In this document: one piece after another, positions 1 to 10,588 of the stretch
Layout of the letters: every line of letters starts with the position of its first letter
How positions within the stretch are numbered: the first letter of the stretch is position 1
Assembly (NCBI RefSeq): GCF_004010195.1
Contig: NC_057746.1
Coordinates: forward strand, 15,426,974 to 15,490,973
Length of the DNA stretch: 64,000 nt
Direction: 5' to 3'
Source of the DNA: Chiloscyllium plagiosum
Taxonomy: Eukaryota
Notes under the pieces: generated by a model
What the model saw: only the letters and a program-made list of their open reading frames with translations
What the model was told of the DNA's origin: nothing
The model's database searches: none
Program-made: the position numbers and the translations under genes

Positions 1-220
1 ATGTTAGGGGTAGGTTCTTTACTCAGCAAGTCGTGAGTTCATGGAATGCCCTGCCAGGAGCAGTGGTGGACTCTCCCTCATTATGGGCATTTAAGCGGGC
101 ATTGGATAGGCATATGGAGGATAGTGGGCTAATGTAGGTTAGGTGTGCTTGGATCGGCGCAACATCCAGGGCCGAAGGGCCTGTACTGCGCTGTATTCTT
201 CTATGTTCTATGTTCTATGT
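1..220 (+). mobile_element. CR1 LINE 3' end (young subfamily) with (TTCTATG)n tail
   Basis: Encodes the ORF2 C-terminus (FFTQQVVSSWNALP) followed by 3'UTR and TTCTATG tail; same subfamily as 59158-60085 and 63940-64000. Confidence 0.9.
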
Positions 221-1017
221 CCTTGATCGGACCTACCCTCGTTCTCGTCATTCTCATGTTTCTCACATACGCATAAAATGCCTTTGGGTTATCCTTGATC
301 CTATCCGCCAAAGATTTTTCATGCCCTCTCTTAGCTCTCCTAATCCCTTTCTTCAGGTCCCCTCTGGCTATCCTGTACCCCTGTCTCTGTCTGAACCCTG
401 TTTCCTCAACCTTATGTAAGCCTCCTTCTTCCTCTTTACAAGACATTCAACCTCCCTCGTCAACCAAGGTTCCCTCACACGACCATTTCTTTCCTGTCTT
501 ACAGCATCGTAATTACCCTTCCCCCAATTGTAAAACCTACCTCTGTTGCACGCACCTATCTCTCTCCATAACCAAGGTGAAAGTCACAGAATTGTGGTCA
601 CCATCACCAAAATGTTCACCCACTAACAAGCCCATCACTTGTCCCGGTTCATTACCGAGTACCAAATCCAATATGGCCTCCCCTCTGGTCGGACAATCTA
701 CACACTGAGTTAGAAAAACTTCCTGGACACACTGCGCAAACACCGCCCCATCCAATCTACTTGATCTAAAGAGCTTCCAATCAATATTTGGGAAGTTGAA
801 ATCACCCATGACGACTACCCTGTGGCTTCTGCACCTTTCCAAAATCTGTTTCCCAATCTGTTTCTCCACATCTCTGCTGCTATTGGGGGGCCCATAGTAA
901 ACACCCAACAAGGTGACTGCACCTTTCCTATTTCTGACTTCAGCCCATACTACCTCCAGAGGCAGATCCCCCTCAAACGTCCTTTCTGCAGCCGTTATAC
1001 CATTTCTAATTAGCAAT
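221..1017 (-). mobile_element. CR1 ORF2 fragment (APE endonuclease and linker)
   Basis: ORFs 537-1016 and 201-446: GVYYGPPN, VVVMGDFNFPNIDW, LDLVLGN, GDGDHN, KDNPKAFYAY. Confidence 0.92.
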
Positions 1018-1297
1018 AGGGTGACAAGACATCTGGAAATGAATCTTCCAGCTCAGTGAGCAAACCAACAACCAGTACCTCAACCTGAGCTACAAATCTT
1101 CTCAAAACTCGTTAAACATTTATATCAAAAGGCATTTACTGAGAAAGAAAATAAATGCATTCTTGTGTGTTCTTACTTAAATGATGTCTTAACGAGGTAA
1201 TGGAGACCATCACACCTTCAAGCAGATGAGAAATGGGCAGAGATTCATCAAATTGTTTTGCCAGTAGGGTATAGAAAGGAGCTGCTGTGAGTGGCGC

Positions 1298-1670
1298 ATG
1301 TGGCTTCTGCACCTTTCCAAGATCTGTTTCCCAATCTGTTTCTCCATATCTCTGCTGCTATTGGGGGGCCTATAGTAAACACCCAACAAGGTGACTGCTC
1401 CTTTCCTATTTCTGACTTCAGCCCATACTACCTCCAAAGGCAGATCCCCCTCGAACTGCCTTTCTGCAGCCGTTATACCATTTCTAATTAGCAACCCCCC
1501 ACCCCCATCCTTTTTTACCACCCTCCCTAATCTTACTGAAACATCTGTAACCAGCAACCTCCAACAACCATTCCTGTCCCTCTTCTATCCACGTTTCCGT
1601 GATGGCCACAACATCGTCGTCCCCGTTACCAATCCACGCCTTAAGTTCACCCACCTTATTTCTGATACTG
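1298..1670 (-). mobile_element. CR1 ORF2 endonuclease N-terminal fragment, partly duplicating 820-1017
   Basis: VAITETW, GVYYRPPN motifs; ~198 bp nearly identical to 820-1017. Confidence 0.9.
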
Positions 1671-1706
1671 CAGCATAATGGGACAGCTGAATTAACACTG
1701 ACTAAT

Positions 1707-1770
1707 ATGGGCTTACTTCTCAGTGTCATGAAAATGTACAACATGACTCTTGCTATCATTGGAATCCCTG
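1707..1770 (+). pseudogene. Putative exon 1 of a GPR139/GPR142-like GPCR (MGLLLSVMKMYNMTLAIIGIP)
   Basis: ATG at 1707, 21 codons ending LAIIGIP, then G|GTAAGT phase-1 donor; joins in frame to the exon at 21092 giving IGIP-V-NL (TM1). Confidence 0.7.
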
Positions 1771-4700
1771 GTAAGTGACAAAGACTTGAAAGTCTCAGAA
1801 ATCTGCATATGAATTGCTGTCTGTTTTGAAAGTGCTCCTGTCACAGTTACTCACTGACTAGACAAAAGACCTGTGGAAAACATTGTACAGTCAAATGTCC
1901 TGAATTATCATTGTCAATATAATTCCATTCCGATAACTCAAACTAAGTCTTTTTGTAACTCAGAACTTTCGAAATCTATCAAGTCACTGCACTTAGTGGA
2001 ATAGTGTGTGAACCAATCATCAGCACATTGAGGGGGGTGAGGCGAAGAGGGCTTTCTGAGGTGCAATGCTAGTGTCCCTGCATTTGAGCGAGGAGAACTG
2101 GGTTTAAGTTCCATCCATTCCAGATGAGTACAACCGCATCAATGAACAGATTAATTAAGGACAAATGTATTCACTGAGGGAATTTCATACTGAGTGCATT
2201 TTATTTTGGAATTGTACCGAATGTGAATCAACATTTGGTTTCAAACCCATAACCACTGTGATTATGCAATACTGGCAATATCAGCCAGTGTGGGACGGCG
2301 CTGAATTTGGCTCACTAACTGGAATATAATTCTTTTTTTTTGTTTTATTACGCAAGGAAACTGATTTTTCCATTCACAGTTTTGTAACTATCTGAAAGTA
2401 ATTCAAAGCAAAGGAGCTTTTTTTTTCCTGCTGTTTGAAGAAATTTTTAAAAAGATCCTAACTATGAACCATATCAATCTTGCTCAACTTCCCAACTAAA
2501 ATGCACTAACAGAAACAAATTTTAACTATTTATAGACAGCTGCTGAAGGTAACTTTTTTTTAACATTTTCAAATCCTTTGGATAATGGATCATGCCTCCA
2601 CAAAGCAGATAGTTAATGTGAACACGATTGGTTTTACCACTAAATTAATCACAATGGAAGAGTAGTCATTTCTCTGTACTAATCATTCATAGGGCCAGGC
2701 AGCTTCCTCAGATGCTGCTTCAATTCTGAGGAAGATAGATGGTCGTGCTCTAGAATTAAAATTTCGTCTTGGTAACGGTGATTATGAAACGATAACTGAT
2801 TGTTCGAAAAGTCTCAATGATCCCTGCGGGGGTAATCAGGGACTGCTAAAAAACACGACCCCAGAAATCTACTCCACTAACATTATTCTCACAAACTGTT
2901 GCCCGGGATATGTTGGGATATATTAGTAAGATTGATTTTGTGGTTGTATATCTGTTTGAAGAACTATTTTCGGATATTTTTACAAACTTAGTCTTTAGAA
3001 CGGAGGAGTTAATCGTGTGCCAGCAGGAAGATTCACAGTTAGGATGTGAGGTATTGATCTTTATTTCCCAAGTGGTTGCGAAGCTACAGAAAATATTGGC
3101 TTTAAGCTTTTATATTTGTCTTTGCTACATATGCAAAATTTTAAACTCTTTGTCAACTTGAGAAAAATAGTCAGAAAGTTCATACACCGTGTCGATTATG
3201 CAGATATTTAATTTGGACGTAGTTTTTCCAGCTGATTGGATTAGTTAACTATATCTACCCATATTTAGAGGCAAAGCACATTACTTTCTTGGCCTCCTAT
3301 TAGAAACATTTTGTTCTCATTTTCCTTAACATCGATGTAAATAGTTTAAAAAGCTTCGTGTGGATGTTCACAATAGTTTGTATTGTTAAACTGGTCTCTT
3401 GAACTGCCGACCGTCTCTATAAATGATGTGTTCACAATGGAAGATAAAACTCGGGACTTCAATGAAATAAAAGATAGGCTTTTGCCTGAGCAAATGAGGA
3501 AGAGATGAGGGTGGCAACAGGTGACTCTTATCTTTTGCCAATGACCGGGACTATTCCAGGTTATTTGCTTACATGGATGACGTCAAAATCAGTGATATAT
3601 TCATCAGGACATTTCTCAGGAAATGACTTGAAGAAATTCTATTTGACTCATAATCCCTGGTTGAACGAACATTGTAGGTTATGCACAACTGAACTTCCCA
3701 TTATTATAAATTGCGAAATCATGACAAAAACATTCGAAGTAAGTGGTTTTCTACACCAAATGCAAAAGAAAATTACAATGACTTTTATATCCTTATGATC
3801 TGTCTATTCAAGAAATTGAATAGAGTGCTGCACTGTCGTTGGGAGTGCAGAAAGTCCTGAGCATTTGCTCTTTGAGCTCTCTGAGAAAGTGCTCATGAGT
3901 TCCTGCACTCCCAGAGTTTTAGTAATGAGGCAGTGCTGCACGGCCGGAGGTGCACTAATGAGACAGTGATACACTGTAGGAGAATATTTAACGAGCAATA
4001 ACTGCACTCTCAGTTGGTAGATACTGAGACAACACTGACTGTTCGAGGGTCAGTAATGAGGGAGCGCTGCATGATCAGAATGTCAGCACAAAGCGAGCAC
4101 TGTATGGTCAAATGTCAGTACCGATAGAGCACTACACTGTCAATGGTGAATATTAAGAAAGTGCCGATCTATGAGAGACTCAGTTCTGAGGGAGTGCTGC
4201 ATGGGCAGGTAGTTCATACAAAGAGAGTGAGTGAGGATCTCACTGCCAACTTATCATAACTTCGGGAGCACTGAACTGTCAGACCGTCACTGGTTACGAC
4301 GTGCTGCTCTGTAAATGAGTCAGACCTGAGGCATTGCTGCACTGTCAGACAGTCAGTACTGAGGGAGTGCTGCACTGCTAGAGCATCAGTTGTTGAAGAA
4401 GTGCATCCGCTGGCATGGGATGCCTCGAACGTCAGCACTGAGTGCTGCACCGTCAGATTTTCAGTACTGAGGGAGAGATGTACGGTCAGATTTTTAGTCC
4501 TGAGAGAATGAGATGATGTCTCACTGTCATACATCAGGACTGGGAGGGTGCCACACTGTCAGCAGGTCAATAGAGAGCTTTATTTTCAGAGTGTCAATAC
4601 TGAGGATGCACCACGCCCCCAGAGGGCAATGGGTCCGCAAAGAGTGTGTGCTGCATTGTCAGTATGTATGTAGTAACCGTAAACTACTATATCTGAGGGT

Positions 4701-6991
4701 CAGTACAGAGTACATGCTCAGATGATTCGGACTGAGAGTCAGAGGTTCTGAGCTAAGGATGTGTTGCACTGTTAGGTAGTCAGTACTGAGGGAGTGCCAC
4801 ATCTATCAGATGGTCAGCACTGAGGTCGCGCCAAAATGTCAGAGGGCCAGGACTGAAAGAGTTCTGCATTACCAGAGTATATGTAAGCAGGGTGCGCACT
4901 ATCTGAGTCTGAGTTCTGCGGGAATGCTCGAAAGCCAGAGGGATCGCTTCACTATCAAGGATCAGTACAGCATGAGTGATGCATTGTCAGAGGAAAAATA
5001 TTGCGTGATCGCCGCTCCATAAAAAGGATTAATACTAAAGGAGTGCCAAACTGTGTGAGGGTCAGGAGAGAGGTGGTGCACTATTTGTGAATCGGCACTG
5101 AGACAAAGGCATTTACATCCTCAGCACCTCGGAATGCTGAAATGTCAATGATTCAGGACTGAGAGGGCTGCATTGCCAGAGGGTTAGTAGAGAGTGCGTA
5201 CTGAATTAACAGAGTCTGTGCTGCAGAGTCAGAGGTTCATAACTGAGGGAGTACTGCACTATTAAAGGTCAGTGCTGTGTCAACTCTGCACTGTCAGAGG
5301 ATCAGAAGGGAGTGCGTGATGTACTTCAAATGGTCAGTACACAGCGTGTTCTGCACTATCAGTGTTTGTAATAAAAGTGCGCCAATCTATCTGAGGCTTG
5401 GTGCTGCGGGAGTGCTGCAGTGCCAGAGAGCAAACAATGAGGGAACACTGCACTGTCAGACAAGGAAAGATGAACTGTCAGAAGTAAAATATGATGTGAA
5501 CACTCGCTCTTTTAGACGATAGGTACTAATGGAGTGCCGAATTATCAGTGGGCCTCACCGTTTGTGAAACAACTCAAAGGCAGTTCTGCACTATCAAAGA
5601 TTCATAACTGAGTGAATGCTACACTGTCAAGTAGTCATTAATGTGGAAGTTTTGCACTGTCAGAGGGACAGTAGAGAGGGTTTGCTTCACTGTAATAGCT
5701 CAATGCTGAGGAAGAGCCGCAGTCTCAGACTGTCTCATGGTTACTGTTCTGAGGGACGTGACACACTATTAGAAGATCAGGAGAGAGACCCCCTGACTGT
5801 CAAAGGGCTATTAATAAGGATGGGCATACTGAAGAGTTTCAGTAGAGAGTATGAGTTGCATTTATAGTGTACGTAATCAGGGTTCACCACCGTACTAATT
5901 CTCTGTACTGTGGGAGTACTGCAGTGCCATAGAGCAAGTATTAAGGAAACACTGCACTATCTGAGAATCAGTGCCGTTAGGAGAATGTATGAATGCAGCG
6001 TCACTCTGTGGAACTATCTGTACAGAGGGAGTGCCGGTCTGCCAGAGAGACAGGAGGCAGGGAATGCACTTTGGTGTGTCAGCACTGAGGCAGTACTGCA
6101 TTTTCAGAGTGTCAGGACAGAGGGAGTACTGGCCTGCCAGAGAGACACTACAGTGTGAAGGCACTGTCATTAATCAGGAAGGGTCACAACTGACGGAATG
6201 CCACTCTGTCAGGAGGTCAGTCGAGAGGGAGTTTTGCATTGTCAAAGGGTCAGTACTGAAACAGTATGGTCTGTGAAAGAGACAGTAGAGAGCAAGCGGT
6301 ACATTATCAGAGTTTCATTAATGAGGAAGTCAGATTTTCAGAACTGCATCAGAGAATGTCTCATGGTTAGAGCAGCCATACTGGGGGAGGGCCGCACTAT
6401 CAGAGGTTTTGGAAACAGAGCTCCTGACTGTCAGAGGTTGAGTAATGAGGGAATGCCGCACTGTCAGAGGGTCAGTAGATAGTGTGAGTTGCCACAATGT
6501 GTGTGTTAAGGTGTGCCACTCTGTCTACTTTTCAGTACTGGGAGATTGGTGCAATGCCAGAGACCCAGTATGAAGGAAACACTGCATTAACGGAGTCAGT
6601 ACTGAGTGCTGCACTGTGGAAAGGACCAGTACTTTGGCGGTGCAAATTTCTGAAAGAGATAGGAGTGAGGGACTGATGCAATGTTGGTGAGTCCACACTA
6701 AAGCAGGCACTTTCCGAGTGGCAGGACAGAGGAAATTTTGCCTTGCCAGAAGGACAGTACAGTGTGAGGTCAAAATCATTACTCACAGGATGATATATTG
6801 TCAGAAAGTCAGCACGGAGGAGTGCTGCTGTGTCAGCAGGTCAGTAAGGAGGAAGTGCTGCACTGTCAGATGGTCAGTACTGAGGGATGCCTGCATTGTC
6901 AGAGGTCAGTATTGAGAGTGTCCCACATAATCAAAGGATCAGTACGGAGGGAGTGCTGCACATTTAGAAGGTCAGTAGAGAGTACTTATTT

Positions 6992-7251
6992 CATAGAACA
7001 TAGAACATAGAACATTACAGCGCAGTACCGGCCCTTCGACCCTCGATGTTGCGCCGCCCTGTCATACTAATCTGAAGCCCATTCCACCTACAATATGCCA
7101 TGTACGTCCATATGCCTGTCCAATGACGACTTAAATGCACTTAAACTTGACGAATCTACTACCGTTGCAGACACAGCATTCTATACCCTTACTACTCTCT
7201 GAGTAAAGAAACTACCTCTGACATCTGTCTTATACCTATCTCCCCTCACTT
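6992..7251 (-). mobile_element. CR1 3' end
   Basis: (CATAGAA)n tail and CR1 3'UTR/ORF2 end, reverse orientation. Confidence 0.85.
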
Positions 7252-7655
7252 CATCTTCCGCCCAGGAACCCTCCAACCACAAGGGATGAATGCAGATTTC
7301 TCCAGCTTCCTGATTTCCCCTCCCCCCACCTTATCTCAGTCTCAACTCTCGGACTCAGCACCGCCTTGTTGACCTGCAAGCTTCTTCCCGACCTCTCCGC
7401 CCCCACCCCCTCTCTGGCCTATCACCCTCACCTTAACCTCCTTCCACTTATCGCATTCACAACGCCCGTCCCCCAAGTCCTTCCTCCCTACCTTTTTTCT
7501 TAGCCTACTTGGCACACCTTCCTCATTCCTGAAGAAGGGCTTATGCCAGAAACGTTGATTCTCCTGCTCCTTGGATGCTGCCTGACCTGCTGCGCTTTTC
7601 TAGCAACACAGTTTTCAGCTCTGATCTCCAGCATCTGCAGTCCTCACTTTCTCCT
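7252..7655 (+). mobile_element. Penelope-like element 3' fragment/pLTR with hammerhead motif
   Basis: Homologous to 27138-27767, which encodes GIY-YIG; CTGAAGA-AGGGC TTAT GCCA-GAAACGTT at 7529-7556. Confidence 0.8.
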
Positions 7656-8992
7656 GTCACTGCATAAGCAGTGAAGCAGTGCTGAACTGGCAGAAGGTCA
7701 GGACTGAGGACAAACTGTGTTGCCAAACTGCATTTAATAAAGGAGTGCTAGTCTAACAGAAGATCAGTCGTGAGGGAGTACTGTACGGTCAGATGGTTAA
7801 CGCTAGAAATGGCAGGGGGTCTCACTGTTAGAAAGTCTGTTCAAAGGATCGCCGAACTTTAAGAGGATTAGACGAGAATGTGTGTTGCACTGTCAGAGTT
7901 TCAATAATGAAGAAATGCTGCACTTTCAGACGATCAGTAATGATGGAGCGCAGTGCTGTCAGATGGTAAGTATTGAGTGAATGCTGCATTGTGCAAGGGT
8001 CAGTTCTGAGCGAGTGCCGCACGATTGGACAATTGGTACTGAGTGAATACTGCAGTGTCAGAGTGTCAGTAGTGAGGAACTGCTACACGGTCAGGTGATT
8101 CGTAATAACAGGATGACATAGTATCCCATTCTCTGAGGGTCAGTACTAAGGTTGTCCCGCAGTGTCATAGGGACAGCTGAAACGGTGTGCTGCACAGCCT
8201 GAGGTTCAGTACTGAGGGATGTGTAAACTGCAGAGGATCACTGCGGACGGAGTAATCAGTCAGACGTTTAGCACACAGGGAGTGAGTGACGATATAACTG
8301 CAAGTATCCTCTGTTTTTTGTTTCTGATTTACAGCATCCCCAGTTCTTTCAATGTCTATGAAGGAATAATGCACTGTCAGAGGATCAGAGACTGTGATTT
8401 GCAGCGCGTACAATAGGGGTTTGCCACTCTATTTCATTCGCAGTACCGCTGCAATGCTCCCAGAGATCCTATACTAAAGGAGCGCTTTCAGAGGATCAAT
8501 ACTGAGCGCTGCACTGTCAGCTGGAAGTATTACAGCTGTGCTGCTCAGTCAGACGATCAGAACTGAGGATGGGCCACAATGTCAGAAGGTTAGTAGAGTC
8601 TCGACTGCACTGATGGAGAATAACCATGGAGGCAGTGTTGCACTGTCAGTACGAAGGGAATGCTCGCGGTCAAATGATTAGTACTTAGAGTGAGAGTGTG
8701 TTTCACTGTCAGAGGGTAAGTCGAAAGTTTCTGCCGCATTATCAGAGTTCAGCAATGGGTATCTGCTGCACTGTCAGAGTGAATGTAATATGGATGTGGG
8801 ATTCTATCTGAATCGCAGTACTGGGACAGTACTGAAAGCCAATACTGATAAAATGCTGCACTGTCAGATGGTCAGTACAGACGGAGTGCTGTAATGTCAG
8901 AGGGAAAGTATAAAATGATTGCCCCTTTTTCAGAATGATTAATACTGATGGAGTGCCCCAATCGAGAGGGTCAGGAGAGAGTACGTTTGTGT

Positions 8993-9248
8993 GCGGCACG
9001 GTGGCACAGTGGGCGGCACGGTGGCACAGTGGTTAGCACTGCTGCCTCACAGCGCCTGAGACCCGGGTTCAATTCCCGCCTCAGGCGACCCACTGTGTGG
9101 AGTTTGCACGTTCTCCCCGTGTCTGCGTGAGTTTCCTCCGGGTGCTCCGGTTTCCTCCCACAGTCCAAAGATGTGCAGGTCAGGTGAATTGGCCATGCTA
9201 AAATTGTCCGTAGTGTTAGGTAAGGGGTAAATGTAGGGGTATGGGTGG
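8993..9248 (+). mobile_element. tRNA-derived SINE (HE1/V-SINE type), 5' head duplicated, cut by gap
   Basis: A box TGGCACAGTGG, B box GGTTCAATTCC, core TTTGCACGTTCTCCCCGTGTCTGCG. Confidence 0.9.
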
Positions 9249-9673
9249 NNNNNNNNNNNNNNNNNNNNNNNNNNNNNNNNNNNNNNNNNNNNNNNNNNNN
9301 NNNNNNNNNNNNNNNNNNNNNNNNNNNNNNNNNNNNNNNNNNNNNNNNNNNNNNNNNNNNNNNNNNNNNNNNNNNNNNNNNNNNNNNNNNNNNNNNNNNN
9401 NNNNNNNNNNNNNNNNNNNNNNNNNNNNNNNNNNNNNNNNNNNNNNNNNNNNNNNNNNNNNNNNNNNNNNNNNNNNNNNNNNNNNNNNNNNNNNNNNNNN
9501 NNNNNNNNNNNNNNNNNNNNNNNNNNNNNNNNNNNNNNNNNNNNNNNNNNNNNNNNNNNNNNNNNNNNNNNNNNNNNNNNNNNNNNNNNNNNNNNNNNNN
9601 NNNNNNNNNNNNNNNNNNNNNNNNNNNNNNNNNNNNNNNNNNNNNNNNNNNNNNNNNNNNNNNNNNNNNNNNN
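9249..9673. other. Assembly gap
   Basis: Run of N. Confidence 1.
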
Positions 9674-10542
9674 CTGTACTGGTTCACTGGTAGAGGGAAT
9701 GTATGAAAGAAATGCCACTCTGTTGAATGATCAGTACTGAGGAAGTGCCGAACTGTCAGGTAGTCGGGAGACACGTAGTTTTGCACTGCTCGTGAGTCAG
9801 CACTGAGACGGTACTGCATTTTCAGAATGGCAGGTGACAGAAAATGCTGCCCTGATATAAGGTCAGGACAATGTGAGGGCACTGTCATTACTCAGGAAGG
9901 GTCATTATTCAGGGAGTGCTGCACTGTCAGAGGGTGAATAATGAGGGAGTGTTGCACTGTCAGAGTGTCAGCACTGACAGAATGCTACACTGTAAGATGA
10001 TTAGTACTAATATTGTCAGATTGTCTCACTGTTAGAGGGAATACTGCACTGTCAAAAGGTTTATACTGAGCGAGCATTGCACGGTCAGCGGCTCAGTCAG
10101 AGGGACTGGGCTTTGTCAGCGTTTCCAAGAACCATTACAAAGGGAACACTGTCAGAGGGTCAGGACAGTGGGAATGCTGCACTGTCAGAATGATAATACT
10201 GAGTGAATATTGCACTTTCAGTAGTGATGCAGAACAAATAGAAAGTTTTCAAAGCGTGCAACACTGCAAGTGAATTAGTAGTGAGGTAGTTGCTTCTGTC
10301 AAACTGCCAGTAGTGAGCAAGAGGTTCATTATCATAGCTTAATTTTTGAGGGAGTCCCTATTTTCAGGACTATGTCAAAGAGTGTCTCATGGTCAGATTG
10401 TCAGTTCTGAGGGAGGGGCGTTTTGTCAGAGAGTTGAGAGATAGAGCTCATGACTGTCAGAGTGTCAGTATTGACAGAGTGCTGCACTGTCAAACGGTCA
10501 ATAATGAGGAAGTGCCACACTTCAGAGTGTCAGTAGAGACCG

Positions 10543-10588
<46 letters not shown>

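Noticed and set aside
2846-3156. Minus-strand exon-like frame with vague Ig-like C/W spacing
   Set aside because: Two internal stops, no convincing motif or donor site
8971-9888. Long ORFs containing X runs (also 26125-26795)
   Set aside because: Artefacts of N gaps
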